A DNA stretch of 64,000 nt from Lama guanicoe. Its lineage: Eukaryota. The position numbers and the translations under genes were made by a program. Positions 40,651 through 53,321 of the stretch are shown here, piece after piece (position 1 is the first letter of the stretch; the number at the start of each line of letters is the position of its first letter). The stretch spans positions 1,249,793-1,313,792 of the forward strand of contig MU053493.1 in NCBI GenBank assembly GCA_013239625.1, given 5' to 3'. The notes under the pieces were generated by a model. It was not told the DNA's origin. It worked only from the letters and a program-made list of their open reading frames with translations, and did not search any database.

Positions 40651-41280
40651 ATAGAAAAGAAGCAGGAAGCCACAGAAAAGAGAAAACCATAATTGGAAAA
40701 AAAGCAGTGGAAGCAGTATAAGGGACCCATGGGATAATATAAAGTGTGCCAACCTACACATAAGAGGGGTCCTAGAAGGAGAAGAAAGAGAAAAGGGGAT
40801 TGAAAAGGTATTTGAAGAAATCATGACTGAAAACTGTCCAAACCTAAAGAAGGAAACAGATACCCAAGTACAGGAAGCACAGAGGGTCCCAAACAAGAAC
40901 CCAAACAGACCTATTATAATTAAGATGACCAAGGTTAAAAATAAAGAAATTATTCTAAAGGCAGCAAGAGAAAAAAAAAAAGAGTTAGTTCCAACGGAAC
41001 CCCCATAAGACTCTCAGCTGATTTCTCTGCGCAGACACTGCTGGCCAGAGGGGAGCTGCAAGATGTATTCAAAGTCCTGAATTAGAAAAAGCTGCAACCC
41101 AGGATACTCTATCTGGCGAGACTATTCTTTAGAGTAGAAAGAAAGAGAAAGAATTTCACAGATAAGCAAAAACTTAAAGAGTTCAGCAATACTAAACTTG
41201 TCCTAAAAGAAATATTGAAAGTTCTGCTCTAAATAGAAAAGAAGCAGGAAGCCACAGAAAAGAGAAAACCATAATTGGAA
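40116..41280 (+). repeat. Near-perfect direct tandem duplication (40116-40698 / 40699-41280)
   Basis: The copies read identical by eye except one A run (12 vs 11 A). Confidence 0.95.
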
Positions 41281-42253
41281 GTGCAATAACTACAATGAGT
41301 TGCAAGAGAATAAACAGAAAGATGGAGGGAAAAAGAAGGACATCAAAATCATAAAAGGTGGGAGAGGGGAGCAAGAAAATACAGATTTTTTTCTCTCTCT
41401 CTCTTTTTTTTTTTCCTTTTTTCTTTCTTTTTTTTTTCTCTTTATTCTATTTAGGATGTGTTTGAGCCTACATGACCACCAGTCTAAAGCAAACAGATAT
41501 AGTAAGGAGTTAACATACTTGAAAGACAAGGTAACCACAAATCAAAAGCATACAGTAGAGTAACAAAAACCAAAAAGAAACCAGGCTAATACAAAAGGAA
41601 ATTATCAAACCAGAAAAATGCCATATGATGTCACTTATATGTAGAATCTAAAAAAATAAATAAATAAATAAAGACAAATGAGCTTATTTACATACAAAAC
41701 AGAAACAGATTCACAGACATAGAAAACAAACTTATGGTTACCAGCAGGGAAAGAGGGTGAGAAGGGATAAATTGGGAGTTTGAGATTTGCAGATACTAAC
41801 ATATATAAGATAGATAGACAAGTTCATGCTGTGTAGCACAGGGAACTATATTCAATACCTTGTAACCTACGGTGAGAAAGAATATGACAATGAATATATG
41901 TATGTTCATGTGTGACTGAAGCATTATTCTGTACACTAGAAACTGACACATATATTTAATACAACATATATTTAAAAAAATAAAGCAGAAAAGGGAGGTA
42001 GAGGAGTTAGATGAAGAAAGGGTCAGAGAGACGGAAGTGTGAAGGGGAATCAACCTGCCATCACTGGCTTGATGATGGAGGAAGGGGCCACGAGTTGGGG
42101 AACAAGATCACCTCTGGGAGCTGACAGTGACCTCCTGCTGGGGACTCTGTGCTCCCTCTGTGCAGAACTGAATCCCGCCACAGCCAGGAGCCTGGAAGCA
42201 GATGCAGCTCTGCCAACACCTTGACTGTGAGATCGTAGATATATGCTGAAAGC

Positions 42254-42903
42254 TGGTGAAGCTGGTGCCTGGTGCTGGCAATTAAGTTCTTGTCTCTGTA
42301 GAATGAATTCAGAAATGAGAAACGGAGGTTAAGAAAGTAAAGTGAGGACTTATTAAGGGATAGTACACTCTCAAGAGGAGACCAGGCAGACTCAGGTGAG
42401 CAGCTATGCTGAGTTTCTTTGGCAAATTGATTGCACAGAGTGTAAAAATGAATGGGCAGAATATTCATTGGGGAGGGAAGGGTTTGGGATCATAGTCATT
42501 GATTTTCATCCCAACTCTACCTTCCCAAGGGGAGGAGGGATTTTTGTCTTACTTAGTCTGGATCGGAAGTGTCATGGCATCAGTTCATGATGGGTACTTC
42601 TAATCTGCAAGGCTAATTTTATTGCAATGAAGGCATAATGAGCAAAAGGTTACATTCAGACACTGGAAATTCCTGCCTTTTCCCACCTCTCTTTGTTGGC
42701 CTCCAGGACCCTTGTTACCTAAAAACGTGTGGTTTCTTATCAGTCCCAAGGGACTTTTCTTTCTCTGCCCACGAACCCCTGGTGCGTACGTGATGTAGGG
42801 TTTCCTGCATTTGACCTTGTGCCCCTCCTTTCAGCCCAATTCCTGCCATTAGGTCTGGATCCTCCTTTCTCTGCTCATGTCTAGCTATCTGCCTGCCCTA
42901 ACA
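42254..42903 (-). mobile_element. Complete ERV1-type solo LTR, 650 bp
   Basis: TG...CA ends with perfect 4-bp TSD AAGC (42250-42253, 42904-42907). Homologous to 12047-12465. Confidence 0.88.
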
Positions 42904-43131
42904 AAGCCACAAAGTATGACAATTTGTTATGAAGTAATAGGAAACCACCACAGAGGGAGAAGAAAGGTCTCACCCCCCTCTTCCTGGCATGATGGACAAG
43001 GTCTAGGTCATGACTGTAGCCGTGGTTACAAGCAGGTGGGCATTTAATAGAATCATCGAACTCAGCATGGGTCCGGGCTTCCATTCTGCTGTGTATAAAT
43101 GATACTACAACAATTTTAAAGAGTCAAGAAT

Positions 43132-43250
43132 GGTGGGGAGGGTATAGCTCAGTGCTAGACCAGGTACTTAGTATGCGTGAGGTCCTGGGTTCAATCCCCA
43201 GTACTTAAATTAAAATAAATAAATAAATAAAATTTGATCAAAAAAAGTGT
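43132..43250 (+). mobile_element. tRNA-derived SINE (vic-1-like)
   Basis: ggggagggtatagctcagtg...gggttcaatccccagtac, A tail. TSD-like aaagagtcaaga/aaagagtaaaaga. Confidence 0.92.
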
Positions 43251-44744
43251 TTTTAAAAAAGAGTAAAAGACTAATAGAACATTCTTTCTGCAGCTACGAA
43301 TCTTTCAATGATCTCGTCTCTCCCAAAACAAAACCCTACAGTTCTGCAGTGTCCCACATGCACACACCACGCACAGGCCACCTCCCTCTTCCGTGGACAC
43401 ACTACAGCCGCACAGACCCGTGGCGGGGGCTAACCTTGCTGTTCTAATGACCAAGAATGCTGTCCTCCAAAGCGTCAGGGCTCCTTCCTTATTTCTTTGC
43501 ATCTGTCACTCTATTAGGCAACTATTTGGTGCCAGAGTGCTACAGCAGCACAGAGTAGGCACCTCCTGAATCCCTGATGAGTGCGAGGACAGTGTCCTGG
43601 CCCTCAGGCCTTCCATTGTCTGTGGGTTCTGAGCCTGCATCCAACTCTAGCACCACCCTCACCTGCTTCTCCTGGGCGCTCTGCCTGCTCCACCAGGGAA
43701 CCCAGGAAGGGTGCAGGCACAGCTCTCCCGAATCCCAGCCCCTCTGTGGTTATAACCTGGCTATTTTGTAGATAGAGGGTCCCAACAGGACTCTGTTGAA
43801 TCTGAAAAAGCCAGAAATATCCTCGAAGGCCAAGCAGCCTTCCTCTCTCAGCTGTGTGGACAGCCAACTGCCCAGGGCAGTTGTTTAAATGTGCTCTGGG
43901 CTCCATGACTTACTTTGGGGGCCAGACCTCCTCCAGGGCCCTCGCTCCCCAGGGAAGAACTGTGTGGCTGGGGGGTGACACACAGACCCTGGTGGCTGCA
44001 ATAGACTCCATTTTTAGCCCTGGGGTGTGTGTACACTGTGGAAGGAAAGCTCGGGGGCTTCCTGGGAGAACTGGATGAAAGGAGCTGGAAGACTTTTCTT
44101 TAGAAGCAACAAATTAAGACTCCTCCTGGAGGCTAGCTTGGCAAACATCAGAGAGACATAAAGTGATTTATTTCTTAGCGCTCCAGGATTCGGTTTGATT
44201 TCAGTTTTCAAAAGCTACCTCGGGAATTTTTAACCGAAGCAATGAAACTGAAAGGAGTAAATCTCTTTCTTAGCTACTGTGTGGCTCCAGGGCACAGGAT
44301 GCAGAGCTAGGGCCACACTCGGCAGTCATTGACATTAGACAGCCAGCAAAGCAGACTGAATTGTCAGGACAGAATCTTCCCTTTGGACAGCTGGCTCACC
44401 TCTCTTTGATTTTATGAAACTCGGGATCCAGATTCTTTTCAAAACCTGATTTCAAGGTCGAAGGCCAGGAGACCTTACTTTAGTTGCTGAAGCTGCTGGA
44501 GATGGTGGTGATTTCAGTCAGTAGCCAACAGATTTGTCTCGGTGAGAGGACTGAGCCACAAGTATGCTGTCTACAGCATGAGATTTTATCCAGACAGATG
44601 TCCACCTTCACTGAAGCAACAGTAGGGACATGTCACTTGGACACCAGGGAGAATGCAAGCAAGGTGTGTGACTTGGTATGAAATGGCCACTGAATTCATG
44701 TATTTGTCTTCTTTTGTTTTTTAAGTCTCATACTACAGGTTTAT

Positions 44745-45115
44745 CATAAACAGAATTAAAAGACAAATCACATATTTTTAGAAGACAATTGTATCACAGA
44801 TAACAAACACAGGATTAATATCAAGAATATATAATACAGAATAGATAAACAACAAAATCCTACTATATAGCACAGGGAATTATATTCAATACCTTATAAT
44901 AACCTCTAATGAAAAAGAATATGAAAAAGAATATATATATATGTATAACTGAATCATTATGCTGTACACCACAAGTAAATAAAAACATTTTCCTCTTTGT
45001 AATTGTAGAGGTGTAAATCAACTCTACTTCAATTTAAAAAAACTATATAAATATATATAAAGGGTCAATAAGAAAAAGCCAGACAACTCAAAAGAGAAAA
45101 GGCTCAAAAGAGAAG
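44745..45115 (+). mobile_element. Old L1 fragment with a young L1 3'UTR insert (~44837-45045)
   Basis: tagcacagggaattatattcaataccttataataacc motif inside A-rich ORF2-like sequence. Confidence 0.7.
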
Positions 45116-45351
45116 ACTATTAAATACAATGTTATAGTTCCTACCATTAGGTGGCAAAATGCCAAGCTGTTTTGTGATACTGTCAATCTCATGAGGGATG
45201 AAACGTGGAAGGAAAAAAAAGCCATTTAGGTTTTACTGATTAAAATGAAAAGGATGCAGCCACACATTACATTTTCACAATGAAGTCTGTTATTTGTCTT
45301 CTAAATCAAGTGATTTAAAAAAATCCATCTGAGACTGAAGTCAAATTATAT

Positions 45352-45699
45352 CTTTGGAGGGGAGCATAATTAGGTTTATTTATTTATTTTTGTTATTTTT
45401 TGTTGAAGTGTAGTTGATTTACTATGTTAGTTTCAGGTGTGCAGCAAAGTGATTCAATTATACATACATACATGTATTTTTTTTCAGTTTCTTTTCCATT
45501 ACAGTTCTTTACAAGAAACTGAATCTAGTTCCCTGTGCTATATAGTAGGTCCTTGTTGTTTATCTGTTTTATGTACAGTAATGTTATCTGTTAATCCCAA
45601 ACTCCTGAACTATTTATTTTTAATGGAGAGACTGGGAATTGAACCCAGGACCTCGTGCATGCTAAGCATGCGCTCTACCACTGAGCTGTGCCCTCCCCC
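45352..45699 (-). mobile_element. vic-1-like SINE with a young L1 3' end (~45390-45610) inserted in its A-rich segment
   Basis: SINE tail (ggagggggagcataattaggtttattt) and head (gggaattgaacccaggacc...gagctgtgccctcccc) are separated by L1 3'UTR. tatttattttt is repeated at both junctions. Confidence 0.85.
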
Positions 45700-46951
45700 T
45701 GACTATGTCTTTTTTAAACTCCACCTGGGAGCTGGCATTTCAGTCGTCTCTGGCCACAAGCTGCAGCCCAGCCCCACTGACCTCTTTATAAATAAGCCAA
45801 AGACAGCCTCTTGAGTAGTGGCTCTGAGGTTGTTTCTTCACTGAAGGCTGAGACCCCCTTAACCCCAAAGCCTGCCAGCCCAAACTCACATTTTTACACA
45901 TCCAGTTGTTTTAAACATAGCCCAGGTGAGCAGACTGTTTGCCATGGAGAGCCTTTCTGCTTTATGTTCCCTGCACATCTTCCCTGAGCATCTGCCTGAC
46001 GGAGATGCTGTGGCTTGTAGGACCCTAAGCCACTGCTGCCCTCAAACCTCCCTGACCCTGAGACTCCCCGGGAGGCTGAGTGACATCCCCTGACACAGAA
46101 GCCTCCTCTCCATCCCAGTCTCCCGGGAGCTCCCTTACCCTCCTCCCCTTCTGAGTAGAGCTCCCCAGGTTGCCTCTGGACAGTCCCCTGCTGGGAGGAC
46201 TTCCCTCCAGGCACACCTGTCAAGACATGGCCCAGTGAAGCTTCTGTCCATCGCCATCTTTGTCCCTTGATCTGCCCCCACATCCCTGGAATCCCCAACA
46301 CTTCTGTGTAATTCACTGGGCAGAGGGTGACGTTACAAGCCTCTGAGCCACCGCGTAGGCCATTCCTCTTCCTCTTCTGGGAAGCCGCCACTCCTCGCTA
46401 GTGAATAATGGGGCATGTCGGGCCCCATGCAGACCTGCCTGGCTCTCCGTACACACCTCTCAGCATCCCAGCCCACAGCATCTGCTTCCGTGTCTGTCTT
46501 ACCTCTGGCCCCGTTGGCCTCTTATAAGCACACCTGGGTCCTTATTCGTTGTTTATAGCATCAGTGTCCCGGGGAGGGATGGCTCAGGAATAGGTGTTTG
46601 CTAAATGACTCCACGTGATGCAGCGTCGGGGCACTTCCTGTCCTGAGCTTCTGGCTGTTTGATTTAGATATCACTTCAGCGGCTGCAAAGCTATTTCATC
46701 ATGTATTTGCATCTTAGTTTGGATTAATTGAGTCCTGAGTATAGGAAGAGAGCTCAAGCACCTGGAAATACTAGAAAGTTGCTTTGTGTATAAGCTCTGG
46801 AGTTGTGAGACCCCAAGATAGAATGTCTCAGACTGCAAGGACATACTCATTCATATAGTCACACAACAATGTCATAATTCTGGTTGTGGAATACTTCAAC
46901 AAATGAGTTAGTATGTGCTATATATAGAAATTGCTTTTCTTCATTTGATTG

Positions 46952-46974
46952 AGATAGATAAATAGATGATAGAC

Positions 46975-47028
<54 letters not shown>
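46952..47028. repeat. (GATA)n tetranucleotide microsatellite
   Basis: Seen directly. Confidence 0.97.
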
Positions 47029-47029
<1 letters not shown>

Positions 47030-47204
47030 AAATGCATGACCAAATTGGAAGTTTTCTTTTCAGAATTATTTTATTATTTAAAAATACACTAATGAGGTTA
47101 TACTTCACATCACTGTGATGTTGTCAGTCTCAATACTTCCTGTGCAGAGTAACAAAATACTCATCACTCAATGCTAAAATTGACTGTTTTGACTTTTTTC
47201 TTTG

Positions 47205-47525
47205 CATTCTTTTCTGTTGACATATAGTCAGTTTATAAGGTTGTGTCAATTTCTGGTGTACAGCATAATAGTTCAGTTATACATGTACATGCATATATTC
47301 ATTTTTATATTCTTTTTCATTATAGGTAATTCAAGATATTGAATATAATTCCCTGTGCTCTACAGTAGAAACTTGTTTTTTTTACCTATTTTATGTAAAG
47401 TAGTATCTGCAAATCTTGAACTCCCAATTTATCCCTTCCCACCCCCTCTTCCCCCTGGTGACCATAAGTTTGTTCTCTATGTCTGTGAGTCTGTTTCGGT
47501 TTTGTGAATAAGTTCATCTGTTTGA
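47205..47525 (-). mobile_element. Young L1 3'UTR, antisense
   Basis: tatagtcagttta...gtgtcaatttctggtgtacagc...ccataagtttgttctctatgtctgtgagtctgtttc. Confidence 0.9.
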
Positions 47526-49361
47526 CTTACCTTTCTATAGTATTGCACCCATTGTCTGAAGAATCTGTTCCCGTTTTTGAATGGCTGCATATTTGTTCAA
47601 GACAAAACCAAAAGGGAGTCAATTAGTTACTGAGACCAACAAGTCATGTTTGCGCAGCATTCAGGGAAACTGAAGTCAGCATTTTAATACTAATTAAATT
47701 AATTCAAACATTCATATGAATTCATCCAAGAAAATGAAGACAATACAGCAAAGTGAGGACGTGAAAGTCACCGGGGAGCCTGCCCTTGAAAGAACATCCC
47801 AAGATGTGTTGCTGTCTCTCCTTTCGGTTCTCCTGGCTCATATGTACGTGTCTGTTTCTAGAAAGCCTTCTTCTCTGCTTGGCCTGCCCATACCGTCTTC
47901 TTCTTAAGTACTAGAAACCCGTATTAGCAACCTTATATATATACGTTCGTTTTTTCCTCCAAGCGCCAATAATTATTTACAGATGTATATGTAATATACA
48001 TAGTATATACCTACACACACACAAATACAGCCAGAGCGCTCTTGGGAACACAGAAGACACTTCAGCTTTGCGGGCACGAAGGAATTTAATACAGGCACCT
48101 AGAGGCTTGTACCACCACCAGAAGGGTTGGGAGAGCGGAGGGCAGGAAACCACGCAGAGAAGCAGGTGGGGAGGTCGTCATGCTCAGCCTCAGGTATGGC
48201 AGCGGGGCCAGGCTGCGCCTGCACCAAAGCACCGAAGCCCTTTGTGGGGAGCGCTCCTCTGGAAGCAGCTGTGACTCCCGGGACTGAGGACCGGCCTCCC
48301 CAGGGCGGCACCCCGCGCCCCGCGCCCCGCGCCCGGAGCCGTGCGTTCCGTGTTCCTGCGCGCAGCTGACGGTGGAGTGCCAGGGCTGCTCCTTCTGCAG
48401 CCTTCCAAACCCTGCATGAGCGATTCTCTTTTGGGAACCTGGAAGCCATCAGGAAGGCAATCTGGGACGTGTCATTGCTGGCTTCTCCCCCGTTCTCACA
48501 GGAGGATGTAAAAGAGGGCTCTTCTTCCTTGGTTTTCGAAATGAACATTAATTAAACTTGCTTAGTTTTCCGAATGAATGCTAAACGCAGCTTGTCTGAT
48601 TCCAAGAAGGAAAAAACGTGCTTACATTTCTTCTTGGGATCATATTACGTTTACAGACTAGCTTGGGTAGAAACGATATCGAGTCTCCCAACTAAGAACA
48701 CAGTGTGTGCAGTTCTGCTTTTGTGCCTTTCAGGGATAATATAACTTTTCCACGTACGTGTTTTACACATCCCTTTTACGTTTATTCCTTGGCACTTTTA
48801 CTTACAATTATAAATAGAATATTCTCTGCCATAATGTCTTCTCACTCGTTTTGGTTTATATACGAAGGTCATTAATGCCGTTCAGACTGTGTCCGACTCT
48901 CTGCCTCCCTCTAGTGGGTACATGGGTGCATCTCCCGTCCTGGCCCCTGTGGGTGGACGGGTCCTTTGACTCGCTCTGGCCACGGGCTGTGAACACAAAT
49001 GAGACGTCACTTGTGAGCCAGAGTGTTTGATCGTTAGTGGGAGGTACTCCAGGGCTCTTTGTCCCTCTCCCACATTGCTGGGCGGTTCTTAAGACCAGCT
49101 GCTGCGTCAGCCTGAATCCTGAAGTGGGAAGGTGGGTGGGACACAGCTCAGCCAACCCACACCAAAGGCGTTCCCTGAGCAAAAAGCAAATCCTTCTGTG
49201 GGGGGCTTGTCGTTCTGGGGCTGTTGCTACAAGTAGGAGCTGTTCTTTTGTTAACAGTACATGTCACTGTGTTTATCTTAGCATCTCGTGGTAATTTCTG
49301 CTTTATAAACTTTTTACCTTTTTTTTTAATCAACCCATATTCATACTTCTTATGTCTTGTT

Positions 49362-49842
49362 TTAATGTGAGCCTGGGATTTGTTTCCACCAGGTATGATA
49401 AGACACACACAGACACAGACACAGACCCGATCTTCATGAAGCAAGCCATGTGGGTCTGGAGGCAGAGGTGGGGTAAGGGGAAGACGTGGGCACAAGGTTT
49501 ATTGGGGTTTCTGCAGGAAGGAACGGGCCAGGCTGGGGGAGCAGGCGGAGAATCAACTGGGTGGAACGATTTCAGGAGGCCCCAGGGTGGAGGGGCTGCC
49601 CAGAGCCGTCTCTAGGCATGGGTGACTAGCAAGAAGAATATTGGCCCAGAGTGAGCGTGAGAGCCTGACCAAGGAGGTGACGAGAAGTGTGGGCTCTGGA
49701 TTGGCTGGTTTTGTCATAGGAAAGGCATGCTTGCAAGGAGCAGTCTGCTATCACTGGGAATTAGAGAGTTCTGAGCAGGGCGATCTCTGCCAGGTCGTCA
49801 AGCCCTCAAAAACCCAGAAAATAAAAAGCATGATTAATGCAT
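49362..49842 (-). mobile_element. MER74-like ERVL LTR
   Basis: gggctctggattggctggttt...gaaaggcatgctt and cagaaaataaaaagcatgattaat. Homologous to 62687-63228. Confidence 0.65.
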
Positions 49843-50122
49843 CTCCATTGTGGACTGAACCCTTTAGCATCATAAAGTAATATGTATTATACATAAGAAA
49901 ATGGCCTGCCCCCTCTTTCTCAGTGCTTTTTTGGCCCAAATTCTGCTTTGCTGGGTAGAAGATCAGGACCCCTGTGTTGTTCTCTTGGTGGTGGTGTCAT
50001 CATTGTTCTATCACTGCCTGGTAGACCTGACAATCCGTGCTTCTTCCTCATTAATGACAACCTTTCTGAATCACTTTGCTCTCAATATGTCTTCCATCGA
50101 CAAAAGAAGTTGGTTTTTGAGG

Positions 50123-50628
50123 TGTCAACTGAAATAAAACGCACAGCCTAAAAGTTGAGTTGGGTTTTATTCGGCAGACTTTCTGAGGACTCGAGCCCAG
50201 GAGGCAGCCTCTCAGATGGCTCTAAGAAACTGTTCTGCCCAGGCAAGGAAGGACCCAGGATATATAGGAGTTTTTGCAACAAAGATCAAGTGATTGGAAC
50301 ATCAAAAGATTATTGTTAATTTAAGAAAGCCAGATATCACAAGTTAAGGAATTTAGTGCTTTCTGTGTATGGGAAGGTGCAATGGTCTGGGCTCATTGAA
50401 ATCATTCCTTTGAGACGCACCTGGCTGTCTCGGGCCAGTGTCCTGTTCTTCCACATCCTGAGTCCCCTCAGGAGGCACCGTTGGGGGTGGCAGCAGAGGC
50501 CACGATGCCTGCTTGTCTGCATCCTGAGTTCCCTCCACTCACTGTCAGGGGTGGCAGTAACCGCTGATGACCTGATGGCCACAGCATCCTTTGTTTACTG
50601 ATATGGCTGGCAATATTTTTCATTCACA
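50123..50628 (-). mobile_element. Complete ERV1-type solo LTR (LTR39-like of ungulates), 506 bp
   Basis: TG...CA ends with perfect 4-bp TSD GAGG (50119-50122, 50629-50632). Minus-strand AATAAA (ttttatt) and TATA (tatatagg). Confidence 0.85.
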
Positions 50629-50761
50629 GAGGTAATGTGAAAATCCTTTTCTTTAAGCAGCTACATTAAACCTGTTTAAATCCATGGATATGACAAACAT
50701 GGTTGATCTTAGTTCTGTCATATTTTCTATTGATACATAAATATTTAAATGACTTTCACTC

Positions 50762-51445
50762 TATTTTTAATGTATCCTTACTGAAGGATAGTCAGTTTAC
50801 AATGTTGTGTCAATTTCTGGTGTACAGCACAATACTTCAGTCATATAGGAACATACATATATTCGTTTGCATATTCTTTTTAACCGTAAGTTACAAGATA
50901 TTAAATATAATTCTTTTTAACCATAAGTTACAAGATATTAAATATAATTCCCTGTGCTATACAATATAAACTTGTAGTTTATCTATTTTATATGTAGTAG
51001 TTAGTATCTCCAAATCTAGATTCCCAATTTGTCCCTTCCCACCCTCTTCCCCCTTGGTAACCATAAGTTTGTTTTCTATGTCTATGAGTCTGTTTCTGTC
51101 TTATAAATAAGTTTGTCCTTTTTTTTGGATTCCACATATAAATGATATCATATGTCTTTCTCTTTCTGTCTTACTTCACTTAGAATGCCATTCTCCAGGT
51201 CCATTCATGTTGCTGCAAATGGCATTATTTTATTCTTTTTTATGGCTGAGTAGTATTCCATTGTATAAATATACCACAATTTCTTTATCCAGTCATCTCT
51301 GTTGATGGACGTTTAGTTTGCTTCCATGTCTTGGTTATTGTAAATAGTGCTGCTGTGAACATTGGGGTGCAGGTGTCTTTTTGAACTAAGATTCCCTCTG
51401 GATATGAGGAGTGAGGTTGCTGGATCATATGGTAAGTCCATTTTA
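50762..51445 (-). mobile_element. Young L1 3' end, antisense, with a ~38-bp internal tandem duplication near 50872-50950
   Basis: L1 3'UTR motifs; ttttaacc(g/a)taagttacaagatattaaatataattc occurs twice. Confidence 0.92.
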
Positions 51446-53321
51446 CTCTATTATTAGCTTTTTATTTTTAGATGCATTTCTGATAATTAGAAGAGTTATG
51501 TTTTTAATCTAGTGGTTACTTTTTAAAATTCTGCCTTAGGTACTAGCCTCTTTCCCTTTTTCTTAAAGTGTGTTCCAAGGATCTGCTTCAATAACACTAG
51601 TTTATATCTTCTTCCTCCTCCCTCACTCCCGTACCTTCCAAGTTAGTAGCATGTTGTTCATACATTTTTAGTGTTTCCCCTTGTACTATTATGTATGTTC
51701 ACACATTTATATTTGATCTGTTGACTTTAAATATCATGTTATACTCCCATGTAGTGCAGCTGAAGCCACTGTAAGTTGATTCTACTTCCTCCCTTCTGTC
51801 AGTTTGGTGGATGGTCCCATTTTGGTTTCGGCAGAACATTGACGTTCTCCTCTGTCATTTGCATCGGTGCCTTTGCTTTTACTTAGATGTACAGTTACAC
51901 ACATTTACTTACTGCTGCCTGAATTTTCCTTTGCTAAGCCTCCATTCATTCTCGATTAGCTGGAACTCATCTTCCAGGAGTTTCCTCAGGAAAGACCCAT
52001 TTGAGTCATATTTCCTGAACTCATACATGTGTCAGATGGTTTGTCTGTGGCCTTTATCCATGAGGGAATAGCCTGGATGAGTACAAACATTCTTAGCTCA
52101 CACTTCTTTCTTTCAGTATCTTGTAAATGTGGCCCTATCATCTTCAGGCACTGAATGTGGCTGCCAATGAGTGTGTTACCAGCCTGATGGTCTTGCCTTT
52201 TTGCTGAAATATTCAAATCATTCTCCTTATCTTTAAAACACAGTAATGTGATAAGATGATGCCATGTTGATTACATTAGGACAGTTTCCTTATGTACAAT
52301 CTGCTGTTTCAATGTGTGTGTCAAGTATTTAATCAGAAGTTCTCTCTTTTGAAAATTTAAAAAATTTTTAATCTATGATTGCTGGTCTTAGATTCCTGTC
52401 CTAAAACTGCCGTCTCCCCTGTTGCTGATTTGCCATAACTTTTCCGTGATTGGAGACCCAAGATCATTCTTTGATGGCTGTCCACTTTGTTTCTTCTGAA
52501 TTAGTGAAAGGGTATTGAAGAGATTATATATTTGTAATTGTTTTCGTATTTACGTTTGTGTGTAAATTATTTTTTCTGAACTTATGAGATAACGTAGAAT
52601 ATATGTGCATGGTCCTGTGTATATTTTAATTTCTTTTTTGTTTTGGCTTTTGGCGCTTTTTTGAAAATCAAAAGGAGAGACCACAAGCACCCAGAATGTG
52701 AACCACGGTGCCTGTTCAATGTGATGTGATTTCACATGACAAGCCGTTTGCCTTAAAACTGCATGAAATTTTATTACCAAGGTATTTTACAAATTTAAGT
52801 AACATATCATTTTGTTGAGCTGGTCTGATTATAAGGAAATAGTACAATCTCTCCATATGGTAAAAAAAAAAGTTTTCTCTTTTAATCATAGTTGTTAAAG
52901 TCTTCTTTCTTTTCCACTGTCTTAGATTTCTCATTTTGGGATCCAACGATGTGCACATGGTATTTCTTTAACCGATAGTCTACATCCACCATTTCTCTTT
53001 AACCCTGTGTTTTTCTACAACTCTTTCATGTTGCTCACTTTACTAATTTTCACTGTTGGGGTCCTTACTATGCTCTCAGTGCCTGTTTCCTCTCTGCTTC
53101 CTCATAACTTGACTTCTTTTTCTTTCTTCCCTGAGTTTAATCAGCTCCTGTCTCACTTTTTCCTATGAGTTCCTGTATCTCTGCTTCATCGTTTTCCTGC
53201 ATAGATGCCATGCTTTAGTGCTCAATTAAGGCACCGCATACCCTTCGAGAGACAAAACAAAATATGCTGTTTCACATGAAATCTAACCTCCCTTGATGTT
53301 CCTCTTAAGACAATAAAAAAA

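Larger units (their letters stand above)
38112..41981 (+). mobile_element. Half-L1 (HAL1-like) element: 5'UTR, ORF1, spacer, 3'UTR and A tail, lacking ORF2
   Basis: Starts ggggaggtgccaagatgg. GC-rich 5'UTR; ORF1 homology 39717-40650. The spacer joins the last ~10 codons of ORF2 near 41615. TSD aaagcagaa(t/a)a at 38101 and 41982. Confidence 0.85.
37939..42945 (+). mobile_element. MLT1 (ERVL-MaLR) LTR split into 37939-38110, 41982-42253 and 42904-42945
   Basis: MLT motifs tgtggtagg..., gagattttcctggattttctgg, ccaacaccttgact, aagccacaaagtatgacaatttgttat...aataggaaac are collinear across two insertions. Confidence 0.75.

Noticed and set aside
39933..40932. Hydrophobic minus-strand ORFs (185 and 103 aa)
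   Set aside because: Antisense shadows of A-rich ORF1 and its duplicate.
43132..43210. tRNA gene (also at the other SINE heads)
   Set aside because: Diverged tRNA-like heads with SINE tails and TSDs; retroposed SINEs, not tRNA genes.
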